From contig NZ_CP015137.1 in the NCBI RefSeq assembly GCF_001644705.1, forward strand, positions 4,380,001 through 4,412,000: a DNA stretch of 32,000 nt, given 5' to 3'. The position numbers were made by a program, and so were the translations under genes. Source of the DNA: Dickeya solani IPO 2222. GTDB taxonomy: Bacteria > Pseudomonadota > Gammaproteobacteria > Enterobacterales > Enterobacteriaceae. The notes under the pieces are model-generated. The model saw nothing but the letters and a program-made list of their open reading frames with translations. It was not told the origin of the DNA and did not search any database. Below are positions 10,883 through 18,451 of the stretch, piece after piece. The stretch's first letter is position 1; each line of letters begins with the position of its first letter.

Positions 10883-11917
10883 TCAGCCAGATTCAGGCTT
10901 TTGTATGGCGTTGTCCTGTTGTATTTGCAGCAGGATGGCCCGGTAAAGCGCTTTAACACGCGCCAACTGGTGCGGCCCCAGTGCGGCATAATTGTTTAAA
11001 CCCGGTACGGAATTGATTTCGATAATATTCCAGAGTTGCGCACCGGCATCTGTAGATAAGTCATGGCAGATAATATCAACGCCGGCGAGACGAAGCCCTA
11101 ACGACGCGGTGGCGGCAATCGCCAGCGCGGCAAAACTGTGGTGAATGGCGTCGGTAATATCCACCGAGGTGCCGCCGGTGGAGAGATTGGCGTTATCCAG
11201 CAGAAATGTTTTTTGCCCCGCCGGCAGAATGGTTTTCCGGTTCAGACCCAGGTCGGCCAGTTTGATATCAATGCGTGGGTCGCGTGGATCAATCTGGCGA
11301 CTGGGGCGCCCGTGCAGGGGCAGAGTATGCTGCGCCGCGACCAGCAGTTGCTGGACAGTCTGGTTACCGTCGCCATAGACCGCCAGCGGAAATCGTTCAT
11401 ACGCCGAAATAACAGTGTCACCCAGCACCACCACCCGGTAATCCCGGCCCTGGCATTCCTGCTCCACCAGCAGCACATCCGTGCGGGAAAAAAGGCGGCG
11501 GCAGATAGCCGACATCGATTGCATCTCATAAACTTTCGTTACCCCAGCGCCCTGGCTCAGGTTGTTGGGTTTAACAAACACCGGGAGCCCCAGCGACCCG
11601 GCAAACTGCGCGGCGTCTTCAATGCCTCTTCGGTTCTCCCGCGCCAGTTTTTTATTGAGTGCTTTCGAAAAAAATGTTTTCCCTCGCGGTACGTTAAATC
11701 CTTTCTTTTGAAGAAGATATTTGGTGTAGAACTTGTCCCGTGCGATAGCTGAAGAGGCGGAAGGGTTAAGGTTGAGATTGGTGTTTTTAAATAGATGTGT
11801 CTTTCCGTCAGGAAATATTATTTCACCGACGAAGTTGAATTCCGGCTCGAACTCGATCTGAATGCCTAATGTGGGGGCTATTTCTGATAGCAAAGCGGAA
11901 ACAAAGGGATAATTCAT
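10883..11917 (-). CDS. Stand-alone ATP-grasp ligase (cyanophycin-synthetase/RimK-like)
   Basis: 344 aa. ATP-grasp signatures include SDKxxTKxLL-like ARDKFYTKYLLQKKGFNVPRG, PVFVKPNNLSQGAGV, DVLLVEQECQGRDYRVVVLG and EINSVPGL. The 5' end and upstream region are AT-rich. Confidence 0.85.
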   Translation of the reverse strand: MNYPFVSALLSEIAPTLGIQIEFEPEFNFVGEIIFPDGKTHLFKNTNLNLNPSASSAIARDKFYTKYLLQKKGFNVPRGKTFFSKALNKKLARENRRGIEDAAQFAGSLGLPVFVKPNNLSQGAGVTKVYEMQSMSAICRRLFSRTDVLLVEQECQGRDYRVVVLGDTVISAYERFPLAVYGDGNQTVQQLLVAAQHTLPLHGRPSRQIDPRDPRIDIKLADLGLNRKTILPAGQKTFLLDNANLSTGGTSVDITDAIHHSFAALAIAATASLGLRLAGVDIICHDLSTDAGAQLWNIIEINSVPGLNNYAALGPHQLARVKALYRAILLQIQQDNAIQKPESG

Positions 11918-12193
11918 TTTTCATCTCGCTATACAGTGTATTTCCGATGATGACATTGTCTTCGGCGTTATTATTGCAACGAGGAGTGGAAGATGAAATG
12001 CACCGGAATAAAATCAGAGTGGTCCGAGTAAAGAATGCAGCGGTTAAAACGACTGGCTGATAGAAAAAGACAAATAAAAGAATATCTACTGTTTAATAAA
12101 GATGTCTTTTTTATTGCACCGGATACGGACTTGGATTTTGTCGGGACTTATATTTACAGCACGGAAATACGCACTGGAGTGGAATAAAAACGC

Positions 12194-12224
12194 TTGACCT
12201 TCCCGTTACTGGAAGGTGCAGTCT
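12194..12224 (+). promoter_or_regulatory. CueR (MerR-type) copper-responsive promoter/operator of cueO
   Basis: TTGACC (12194-12199), then a 19-bp spacer containing the perfect dyad ACCTTCC-N7-GGAAGGT (12197-12217), then CAGTCT as the -10 candidate. The architecture matches the E. coli copA/cueO CueR boxes. Confidence 0.8.
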
Positions 12225-12277
12225 GCCAGTCATCATCAACGCTATTCCTGAATGCTATCCGCACCGAGGAGAGACGT

Positions 12278-13894
12278 ATGCGTCGCCGCGAGTTTATCAA
12301 ATTGAGCGCCATGTTGGGGGCGGCTAGCGCTTTACCCTGGTGGAGCCGTTCCGTATGGGCCGCCGAACGTCCGGCTTTGCCAGTGCCGCCATTGCTGGCG
12401 CCGGATGCGGGCGGCAATATCGCCCTGAAATTGCAGACCGGCAGCATGCGCTGGCTGACGGGACTGGAAACCGCCACCTGGGGCGTCAACGGTGGATTTC
12501 TGGGGCCGGCATTGCAGCTGGAGCACGGGCAGGTGGTGACCCTCAACGTCACCAATACTCTGCCTGAAACCACCACGTTGCACTGGCATGGGCTGGAAAT
12601 TCCGGGGAACGCGGATGGCGGCCCGCAGGCGGAGATCGCACCGGGCAAAACCTGGAGCGCTGCGTTCCGGGTAGAGCAGCCGGCGACGACGGCGTGGTTT
12701 CATCCGCATACCCACGGGGTGACCGGCCGTCAGGTGGCGATGGGATTGGGTGGACTGATTCTGATTCAGGATGCCGCCAGCCGGGCGTTGTCGCTGCCGT
12801 CGCAGTGGGGCGTGAACGATATTCCGGTGATCCTGCAGGACAAACGTCTGGATGCGAAAGGGCAGATTGATTACCAGTTGGATGTGATGTCGGCAGCGGT
12901 CGGCTGGTTTGGCGATGTGATGCTGACCAACGGCGCGCGCTATCCGCAGCATGTTGCGCCGCGCGGGTGGCTGCGCCTGCGGATCCTGAACGGTTGTAAC
13001 GCGCGATCGCTGACGCTGGCGGCCAGCGACGGCCGAGCGCTGTATGTGATTGGCAGCGATGGTGGTCTGCTGGCGGAGCCGGTGCAAGTGAGCGCACTGA
13101 GCGTGCTGATGGGCGAGCGTTTTGAAGTATTGGTGGATGCGCGTGACGGTAAGGCGTTCGATATGGTGACGCAGCCGGTTACGCAGATGGGGATGAGCGT
13201 GCCGCCGTTTGATCAGCCCGTGCCGGTATTGCGTATTCAGCCAACGCTGCAACCCGGCGCCGGCGCGCTGCCGGAAACGCTGGCGACACTGCCGGCGCTG
13301 CCGTCAACCGCAGGGCTGAAAACGCGCCAGCTACAGCTGACGATGGACCCGCAGCTGGACATGCTAGGCATGCAGGCGTTAATGCAGCGCTATGGCATGC
13401 AGGCGATGGCCGGTATGGATATGGCGGGGCACGGCGCGATGCAGGGGATGGCGCACGGCGGCGGTATGAACATGAATCATGGCAGCATGGCGCAGGGAGG
13501 AATGAACCACGGCGGCATGAACCACCAGACGGGGCAAGCGCAGTTGGATATCCTGTCCGGCAACCGCATCAATGGCGCGGCGTTCCAGATGGGGCAGCCC
13601 ATGTTTGACGTCCGGCGCGGCGACGTTGAGGTGTGGCGGATTTCCGGGCAAGGCGACATGATGCTGCACCCTTTCCATATTCACGGCACCCGTTTTCGCA
13701 TCCTGTCGGAAAATGGCAAACCGCCCGCGGCACACCGGCGTGGCTGGAAAGACATTGTGCATATGGAAGGGTCGCACAGCGAGGTGCTGGTGCAGTTCAA
13801 TCATCCGGCGCCGAAAGAGCGGGCATTTATGGCGCACTGCCATTTGCTGGAACATGAAGACACCGGCATGATGATGTCGTTTACCGTATCCTGA
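12278..13894 (+). CDS. cueO: Periplasmic multicopper oxidase CueO
   Basis: Start at 12278, with GAGGAGAG upstream. Tat signal [28 protein letters not shown]. Copper ligand motifs HWHG, HPH, HPFHIHG and [13 protein letters not shown]. Met-rich insert. Colinear with E. coli CueO. Confidence 0.95.
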   Translation: MRRREFIKLSAMLGAASALPWWSRSVWAAERPALPVPPLLAPDAGGNIALKLQTGSMRWLTGLETATWGVNGGFLGPALQLEHGQVVTLNVTNTLPETTTLHWHGLEIPGNADGGPQAEIAPGKTWSAAFRVEQPATTAWFHPHTHGVTGRQVAMGLGGLILIQDAASRALSLPSQWGVNDIPVILQDKRLDAKGQIDYQLDVMSAAVGWFGDVMLTNGARYPQHVAPRGWLRLRILNGCNARSLTLAASDGRALYVIGSDGGLLAEPVQVSALSVLMGERFEVLVDARDGKAFDMVTQPVTQMGMSVPPFDQPVPVLRIQPTLQPGAGALPETLATLPALPSTAGLKTRQLQLTMDPQLDMLGMQALMQRYGMQAMAGMDMAGHGAMQGMAHGGGMNMNHGSMAQGGMNHGGMNHQTGQAQLDILSGNRINGAAFQMGQPMFDVRRGDVEVWRISGQGDMMLHPFHIHGTRFRILSENGKPPAAHRRGWKDIVHMEGSHSEVLVQFNHPAPKERAFMAHCHLLEHEDTGMMMSFTVS

Positions 13895-13932
13895 TACCGC
13901 CGCAAAGGCGATGTCCGCGCATTAACGGCCTT

Positions 13933-14337
13933 TTACGCGTTGGCGTCGGACATCGTTCTGGTCTGTTCTTCCAGACGTTGATCAAAGGCTTCCCGCGCCT
14001 GCGCTACCTGCGGCAGGTATTCCACCGTCCAGCGGTAAAGCGCCTGAAACGGCTCTTTCAGCGTGTGCCCGAGCGGCGTGATGTGGTACTCCACCGCAAT
14101 CGGCGAGAAGGCCAGTACCCGGCGTTCCACAATGCCGTTGCGTTCCAGTTTGCGCAGACACTGCGTCAGCGCCTTTTGTGTGATGCCTTCCAGGCTGCGT
14201 TTGATTTCGTTAAAGCGCAGCGGTTTCTCACACAGCGCGCCCAGCACCAGTACCGACCATTTATCGGCGATCTGCTCCAGCAGAAAACGGCTGGGGCAGT
14301 TGGCATGGGAGAACGGGGATATGCAGGGCTTCAGCAT
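13933..14337 (-). CDS. HxlR-family winged-helix transcriptional regulator
   Basis: From the Met at 14337 (AAGGAAA 5 nt upstream) it reads MLKPCISPFSHANCPSRFLLEQIADKWSVLVLGAL...RFNEIKRSLEGITQKALTQCLRKLERNGIVERR. This is a typical HxlR/YybR domain. Confidence 0.85.
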   Translation of the reverse strand: MLKPCISPFSHANCPSRFLLEQIADKWSVLVLGALCEKPLRFNEIKRSLEGITQKALTQCLRKLERNGIVERRVLAFSPIAVEYHITPLGHTLKEPFQALYRWTVEYLPQVAQAREAFDQRLEEQTRTMSDANA

Positions 14338-14352
14338 GGTGGTTTCCTTTAG

Positions 14353-14390
14353 GCTACCTGGTAGCATTAATGTGCCTGATTGACACCAGG
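14353..14390. promoter_or_regulatory. Candidate operator in the hxlR/OYE divergent region
   Basis: 13-bp palindrome GCTACCTGGTAGC (14353-14365). Also an ACCTGGT (14356-14362) / ACCAGGT (14384-14390) inverted pair flanking TTGACA (14380-14385). Confidence 0.4.
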
Positions 14391-14437
14391 TTTACATTGT
14401 ATACCATCACGGGTTCATGCCCAAGGAGATGAGCCAC

Positions 14438-15550
14438 ATGGCCAATACTGATGTTCTGTTCCGTCCTTTTACGCTGAAAACACTGGAATTAAAAAACCGT
14501 ATTGTGATGGCGCCGATGACCCGCAGCTTCGCACCTGAGGGCATTCCGGGCGATGATATTGCCGCCTATTACCGTCGTCGGGCGGAGGGTGAAGTGGGGT
14601 TGATTCTGTCGGAAGGCACCGTGGTGGATCGTCCCGGTTCGCGCAACGACCCCGGCATTCCGTTCTTCCACGGCGAACGCGCGCTGAATGGCTGGCAGAA
14701 GGTGATTAACGAGGTTCACGCCGCGGGCGGCAAAATGGGGCCGCAGATATGGCACGTCGGTTCGGCACCGTATCCCGGTGTGGAGTGGGAACCGGATTAC
14801 ATCGAAAGCCCGTCCGGTTTGTTCTCGCCGGAAGTCGAACGCGGTCATGCCATGACCGATGAAGACATTGCCGATACTATTTCCGCGTTTGGCCGCGCCG
14901 CCGCCGATGCGAAACGTTTGGGCTTTGATACGCTGGAGCTGCACGGTGCGCACGGCTACCTGATCGACCAGTTCTTCTGGGAGGGAACCAACCAGCGTAC
15001 CGATGCGTTCGGTGGCGCCACCGTCAAACAACGCGCGCGGTTTGCCGCCGAGGTGGTGAAGAGCGTCCGCGACGCGGTGGGGCCGGACTTCCCGCTGATT
15101 CTGCGCGTTAGCCAGTGGAAACAGCAGGATTACAGCGCTCGTCTGGCGCCGACCCCGCTGGCGCTGGAAGACTGGCTGGCGCCGCTGGTGTCCGCCGGTG
15201 TGGATATTCTGCACTGCTCCCAGCGTCGTTTCTGGGAACCGGAATTCCCGGATGTGGATGGCGAGAACGGCCTGAACTTCGCCGGCTGGGCGAAGAAAGT
15301 GACCGGTGCGGCCACGATCAGCGTGGGTTCCGTCGGGCTGTCGGATGAATTCTTCAGCGCCTTTGCCGGCAAAGGCTCCAGCCCGGCTGGTCTCGATAAG
15401 CTGCTGGATCGCATGGCGCGTGATGAGTTTGATTTGATCGCGGTGGGGCGTGCGCTGCTGACCGATCCAAACTGGGCAGCGAAAGTCCGTCAGCAGGAAC
15501 TGGAAGCCCTTAAAGGGTTCGAGCCGGCTTCTCTCGGCCAATTGGTGTAA
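14438..15550 (+). CDS. NADH:flavin oxidoreductase, Old Yellow Enzyme family
   Basis: Start at 14438, with AAGGAG 9 nt upstream. Contains LKNRIVMAPMTR, ELHGAHGYLIDQF and a C-terminal TIM-barrel FMN phosphate-binding region. Divergent from the HxlR regulator. Confidence 0.9.
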   Translation: MANTDVLFRPFTLKTLELKNRIVMAPMTRSFAPEGIPGDDIAAYYRRRAEGEVGLILSEGTVVDRPGSRNDPGIPFFHGERALNGWQKVINEVHAAGGKMGPQIWHVGSAPYPGVEWEPDYIESPSGLFSPEVERGHAMTDEDIADTISAFGRAAADAKRLGFDTLELHGAHGYLIDQFFWEGTNQRTDAFGGATVKQRARFAAEVVKSVRDAVGPDFPLILRVSQWKQQDYSARLAPTPLALEDWLAPLVSAGVDILHCSQRRFWEPEFPDVDGENGLNFAGWAKKVTGAATISVGSVGLSDEFFSAFAGKGSSPAGLDKLLDRMARDEFDLIAVGRALLTDPNWAAKVRQQELEALKGFEPASLGQLV

Positions 15551-15559
15551 GCGTTACCA

Positions 15560-15579
15560 GACCCCGGCGCGCCGGGGTC
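15560..15579 (+). terminator. GC-rich palindrome gaccccggcgcgccggggtc after the OYE gene
   Basis: 20-nt perfect palindrome 10 nt after the stop, followed by atcgttt (a weak U-run). Confidence 0.5.
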
Positions 15580-15589
15580 ATCGTTTACG

Positions 15590-15694
15590 GGTTATGGCAT
15601 TTACGGTTATAGCATCTACGGTCATAGCATCTACGGTCATAACATTCATGGTCATAACATTCATGACCATAACATCAACGGGCTATAGCATCCG
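15590..15694. repeat. 15-bp minisatellite x7 (ggttatggcatttac ... ggtcataacattcat x2 ... gggctatagcatccg)
   Basis: Units start at 15590, 15605, 15620, 15635, 15650, 15665 and 15680, drifting gradually in sequence. The last unit overlaps the Nudix stop codon. Confidence 0.95.
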
Positions 15695-16171
15695 AATCGC
15701 GGCGTTGACGACAAAGCGGCTCTCTTCGCTGATAGGGCAGTCTTCCGGGATATCCGTAGGCTGACGCACGATCTGCCAGGCATCGTGATCTTGTCCGTTC
15801 AAACACACCTCTTCCTGCATCACGTCGACCAGAAAATTCCACTGCCGAACCTTCTCGTTAACCGGCGTCAGATAATCGAAAAAGCCCAGATAATGACGGA
15901 TATAACGTAACCGCAGGCCGGTTTCTTGCTGTAATTCCCGCATCAGCGTGGCAAGCAGGTTGTGATCGCCGGGCGCACGGCTGCCGCCCGGGATCTCCCA
16001 GTGGCCGGGCAGCACCGGATCGTTGGCGCTGCGACGCACCAGTAGAATCCCGCCCCGGAATACCACCGCGGCAGCCATTGTCTGACGGATAATCCCTTCC
16101 TGCTGCGCCTGAAATTCAAACTGGCACAACATCCTGGTGTAGGTGCTGTCCTGGGGTGAAAACAAAAACAT
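15683..16171 (-). CDS. Nudix hydrolase
   Basis: Nudix box GGSRAPGDHNLLATLMRELQQETGL. The start is uncertain: Met at 16171 is used here, and the ORF-track start at 16249 and internal Mets are also possible. Confidence 0.8.
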   Translation of the reverse strand: MFLFSPQDSTYTRMLCQFEFQAQQEGIIRQTMAAAVVFRGGILLVRRSANDPVLPGHWEIPGGSRAPGDHNLLATLMRELQQETGLRLRYIRHYLGFFDYLTPVNEKVRQWNFLVDVMQEEVCLNGQDHDAWQIVRQPTDIPEDCPISEESRFVVNAAIRML

Positions 16172-16323
16172 GCTGTATACCTGCACTGGGGTGAATGGAG
16201 TATGTCTAACCGGACATGCTAGTGATCCCGGGTGACAGTGATATTTCACATGTAGAATAAATACAATAGAAATCTTTACAAAAGTAAATATTGTTATTCA
16301 ATGTGTAGGCACTAATTGACATA

Positions 16324-16344
16324 AGCCCGCCGGTAAGGCGGGCT
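16324..16344 (-). terminator. Hairpin agcccgcc ggtaa ggcgggct downstream of the RNase T2 gene
   Basis: 8-bp GC stem 42 nt after the stop at 16386, with only a weak U-tract on the minus strand. Confidence 0.5.
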
Positions 16345-16385
16345 AAAAGGAGGGTTTCACCACGCGGTAGGCGCGGGAGGACGGA

Positions 16386-17024
16386 TCAACGTACGTTAGG
16401 GACGCGAATATTGCCGTCACGACACTGGGTTTTTACCGCTTTACCGCAGGACTGGGCATTCAGGTTTTTGTCCATACAGACGCGGATTTCAGACAGTTCC
16501 GGGCCGCTGCAAATCGCGACGATACTCTCTTGTGGAAGCGCGGGATTGCTCTGGTGAAATGCGGTCAGAATCTGCTGCGCCGTCAGTTGTAACGGCTTGG
16601 CCGGCGCCTGGAAACTGGCCGGAATCTTCACCTTGGTTAGCGCGTTGTCTGCCGCTTGCAGATAACCGTTCGCCCCCAGTCCGCTACAGGTGCCGTGCTT
16701 GCTCCATTCATGGGTGAGCAGGGTATCGGTAGGGAACAGGGTATTGCCGTATTTGCGCTCCTGCGCGGTGAGCGCGGTAATCGGCGGGCAGTCCTCCGGC
16801 CAGCCGCCGTTGGCATATTGCGGCCATAACCCGTGTAACACAAAGCCATACCCTTTAGTGCATTGCTCGTTGCTGGCGTGGGTCAGGCAAAAGGTGGGCG
16901 ACCAGGATAAGGTCAGCAGGTAGTAATCAAATACTCCCGCCTGACCTTTGGCCTGAACGGCAGGGCTAGACATGATGCCGGCAGCCAGCATCAATCCGAC
17001 CAGTAACGAATACATTTTCTTCAT
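16386..17024 (-). CDS. Secreted ribonuclease, RNase T2 family (RNase I-like)
   Basis: Start at 17024, with AGGAGAAGG upstream. Signal peptide MKKMYSLLVGLMLAAGIMSSPAVQA. Catalytic motifs CAS I FVLHGLWP and CAS II HEWSKHGTC. Confidence 0.9.
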   Translation of the reverse strand: MKKMYSLLVGLMLAAGIMSSPAVQAKGQAGVFDYYLLTLSWSPTFCLTHASNEQCTKGYGFVLHGLWPQYANGGWPEDCPPITALTAQERKYGNTLFPTDTLLTHEWSKHGTCSGLGANGYLQAADNALTKVKIPASFQAPAKPLQLTAQQILTAFHQSNPALPQESIVAICSGPELSEIRVCMDKNLNAQSCGKAVKTQCRDGNIRVPNVR

Positions 17025-17396
17025 AACCTTCTCCTGTCGTGTATCTCTGTGTTTCAGACACGCATAATCGTGCCCAATTTGCGTTGATAAGTGCATCCAG
17101 ATGCTATGGGCATACCCCGGACAGCGGATAAATAACCAATGAACCTTTGCCATTGACCTTATTTTTTTAAGATCGAAAACGGGAAATAAATAACCGGAAA
17201 CCTGCACGATGATCGCGGGCAGGTGTAATAGTGTATGAATATAAACACGCGAAATGTCAATTTTCAGGAAAATATTTATTAAAAAAGTCTATTAAATAAA
17301 CAGGTTGGCGAGTTGTAAATGTCAGTGAGGATTTATCGTGGTTGTCATTCTAAAAAAAGAAAGACGCATAATAATCGAGATGAAATAAATAAGGGT

Positions 17397-17426
17397 GGCA
17401 AGTAATTCCTTGCCTAATTATTTTTT
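17397..17426 (+). terminator. Orphan plus-strand hairpin plus U-run (ggcaag taattc cttgcc taattatttttt)
   Basis: 6-bp stem followed by a T-rich tract, in the AT-rich spacer. No plus-strand gene lies upstream. Confidence 0.4.
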
Positions 17427-17442
17427 GACGCCGTCGTGTGGG

Positions 17443-17470
17443 AAAAAATGTGCGCGGTATGCGCGCACAT
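17443..17470 (-). terminator. Rho-independent terminator after the GST remnant
   Basis: The minus strand reads atgtgcgcg catac cgcgcacat followed by tttttt. It begins 10 nt after the stop at 17480-17482. Confidence 0.75.
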
Positions 17471-17479
17471 GAATAACCA

Positions 17480-17638
17480 TCAGGCGCGATGTTCCGCCGC
17501 CAGCGTCGCTTTTACCGCCGGTCGTTCGGCAACGCGCGCCATATAGGCGTTAAGCGCGTTCAAGTCGGCAAGATCAATACCGACGTAACCAGCCCAGCGC
17601 GTTACGGGGAACGGCGAGTTATCACACTCGCCGAAAAT
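17480..17638 (-). pseudogene. C-terminal remnant (about 52 codons) of a glutathione S-transferase gene
   Basis: The minus strand reads IFGECDNSPFPVTRWAGYVGIDLADLNALNAYMARVAERPAVKATLAAEHRA-stop. This is a typical GST C-terminal helix pattern (..Y..R...RPAV...L). An in-frame TAG lies directly upstream, and no N-terminal thioredoxin-like domain is present. Confidence 0.65.
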
Positions 17639-17662
17639 CTATAAGAATTCAATGTATTGGCA

Positions 17663-18271
17663 TTAACGCTTCGTGCCGTCGAACGGCAGACAGCGATGCA
17701 ACGCGACGTATTGCACCAGCATGATGGTTTTGGCGTCCATAATGGTGCCATCGTCAATCGCCGCCAGTGCCTGCGGCAGGGTCATTTCCAGCGTTTCCAC
17801 GTCTTCGCCTTCGTCTTCCACGCCGCCGCCCGCGCCGATACGGGAATGATCGTCGTACTCGCCCAGAAAGAAGTACAGTTTTTCCGTGACCGAACCGGGG
17901 CTCATGTACGACTCCATCACCTTGCGGACATTGAATACCCGGTAGCCGGTTTCTTCCTCCGCTTCGGCGCGAATGCGCACCTCGGGTTCCGCGTGGTCGA
18001 GCAGCCCGGCGGCGGCTTCAATCAGCATCCCGTCGTGCCCGTTGACAAACACCGGAAAGCGAAACTGACGGGTCAGCAGCAGCGTTTGTTTCTGGCGATG
18101 ATACAGCAGGATGACGGCGCCGTTGCCGCGATCATAGGTTTCCCGGCTCTGCCGCTGCCAGGTGCCGTCCCGGCGCAGAAAGTCAAACGTGGTTTTTTTC
18201 AGCAGGTACCAGTCGTTAGCCAGTACAACGCTGTCGACAATACGTACCCGGTCTCGAGTGGTGAGCATCAT
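17663..18271 (-). CDS. nudK: GDP-mannose pyrophosphatase NudK (Nudix family)
   Basis: Contains YDRGNGAVILLY, the Nudix box and AGGGVEDEGEDVE. Colinear with E. coli NudK as recalled. Start Met at 18271 or 18268, after AGGAGAG. Confidence 0.9.
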   Translation of the reverse strand: MMLTTRDRVRIVDSVVLANDWYLLKKTTFDFLRRDGTWQRQSRETYDRGNGAVILLYHRQKQTLLLTRQFRFPVFVNGHDGMLIEAAAGLLDHAEPEVRIRAEAEEETGYRVFNVRKVMESYMSPGSVTEKLYFFLGEYDDHSRIGAGGGVEDEGEDVETLEMTLPQALAAIDDGTIMDAKTIMLVQYVALHRCLPFDGTKR

Positions 18272-18451
18272 GACTCTCCTGAACAAGGTGTGAGCGGTTA
18301 TCCTAGCGTAATATTTCGGGCATCCTCAAGTGTAATCATGCATTTTCGTGCATTGATGCGTGCTAAAAAAGACCAGAACAACAAAAAATCGTGCAAAATC
18401 AGGCGATATCGGGTAAGTATGGCGGTGTAAATGACCCTCCCGGAGAACACC

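Noticed and set aside
11993-12060. SD-preceded mini-ORFs (MKCTGIKSEWSE, 12 aa; MHRNKIRVVRVKNAAVKTTG, 20 aa) as RiPP precursors for the ATP-grasp enzyme
   Set aside because: They are too short to carry a leader and a core, and they lie divergent from the ligase. The ligase also looks cyanophycin-synthetase-like rather than graspetide-type. There is no supporting evidence.
15551-15688. Stop-codon read-through extension of the OYE reductase through the repeat array
   Set aside because: A 45-codon open frame has roughly a 1-in-9 chance at this composition. A hairpin sits between the stop and the array, and there is no recoding signal. I kept it only as a remark within the minisatellite finding.
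15590-15694. Possible CRISPR array
   Set aside because: The units are contiguous 15-mers with no spacers and there are no cas genes. This is a minisatellite, not a CRISPR array.
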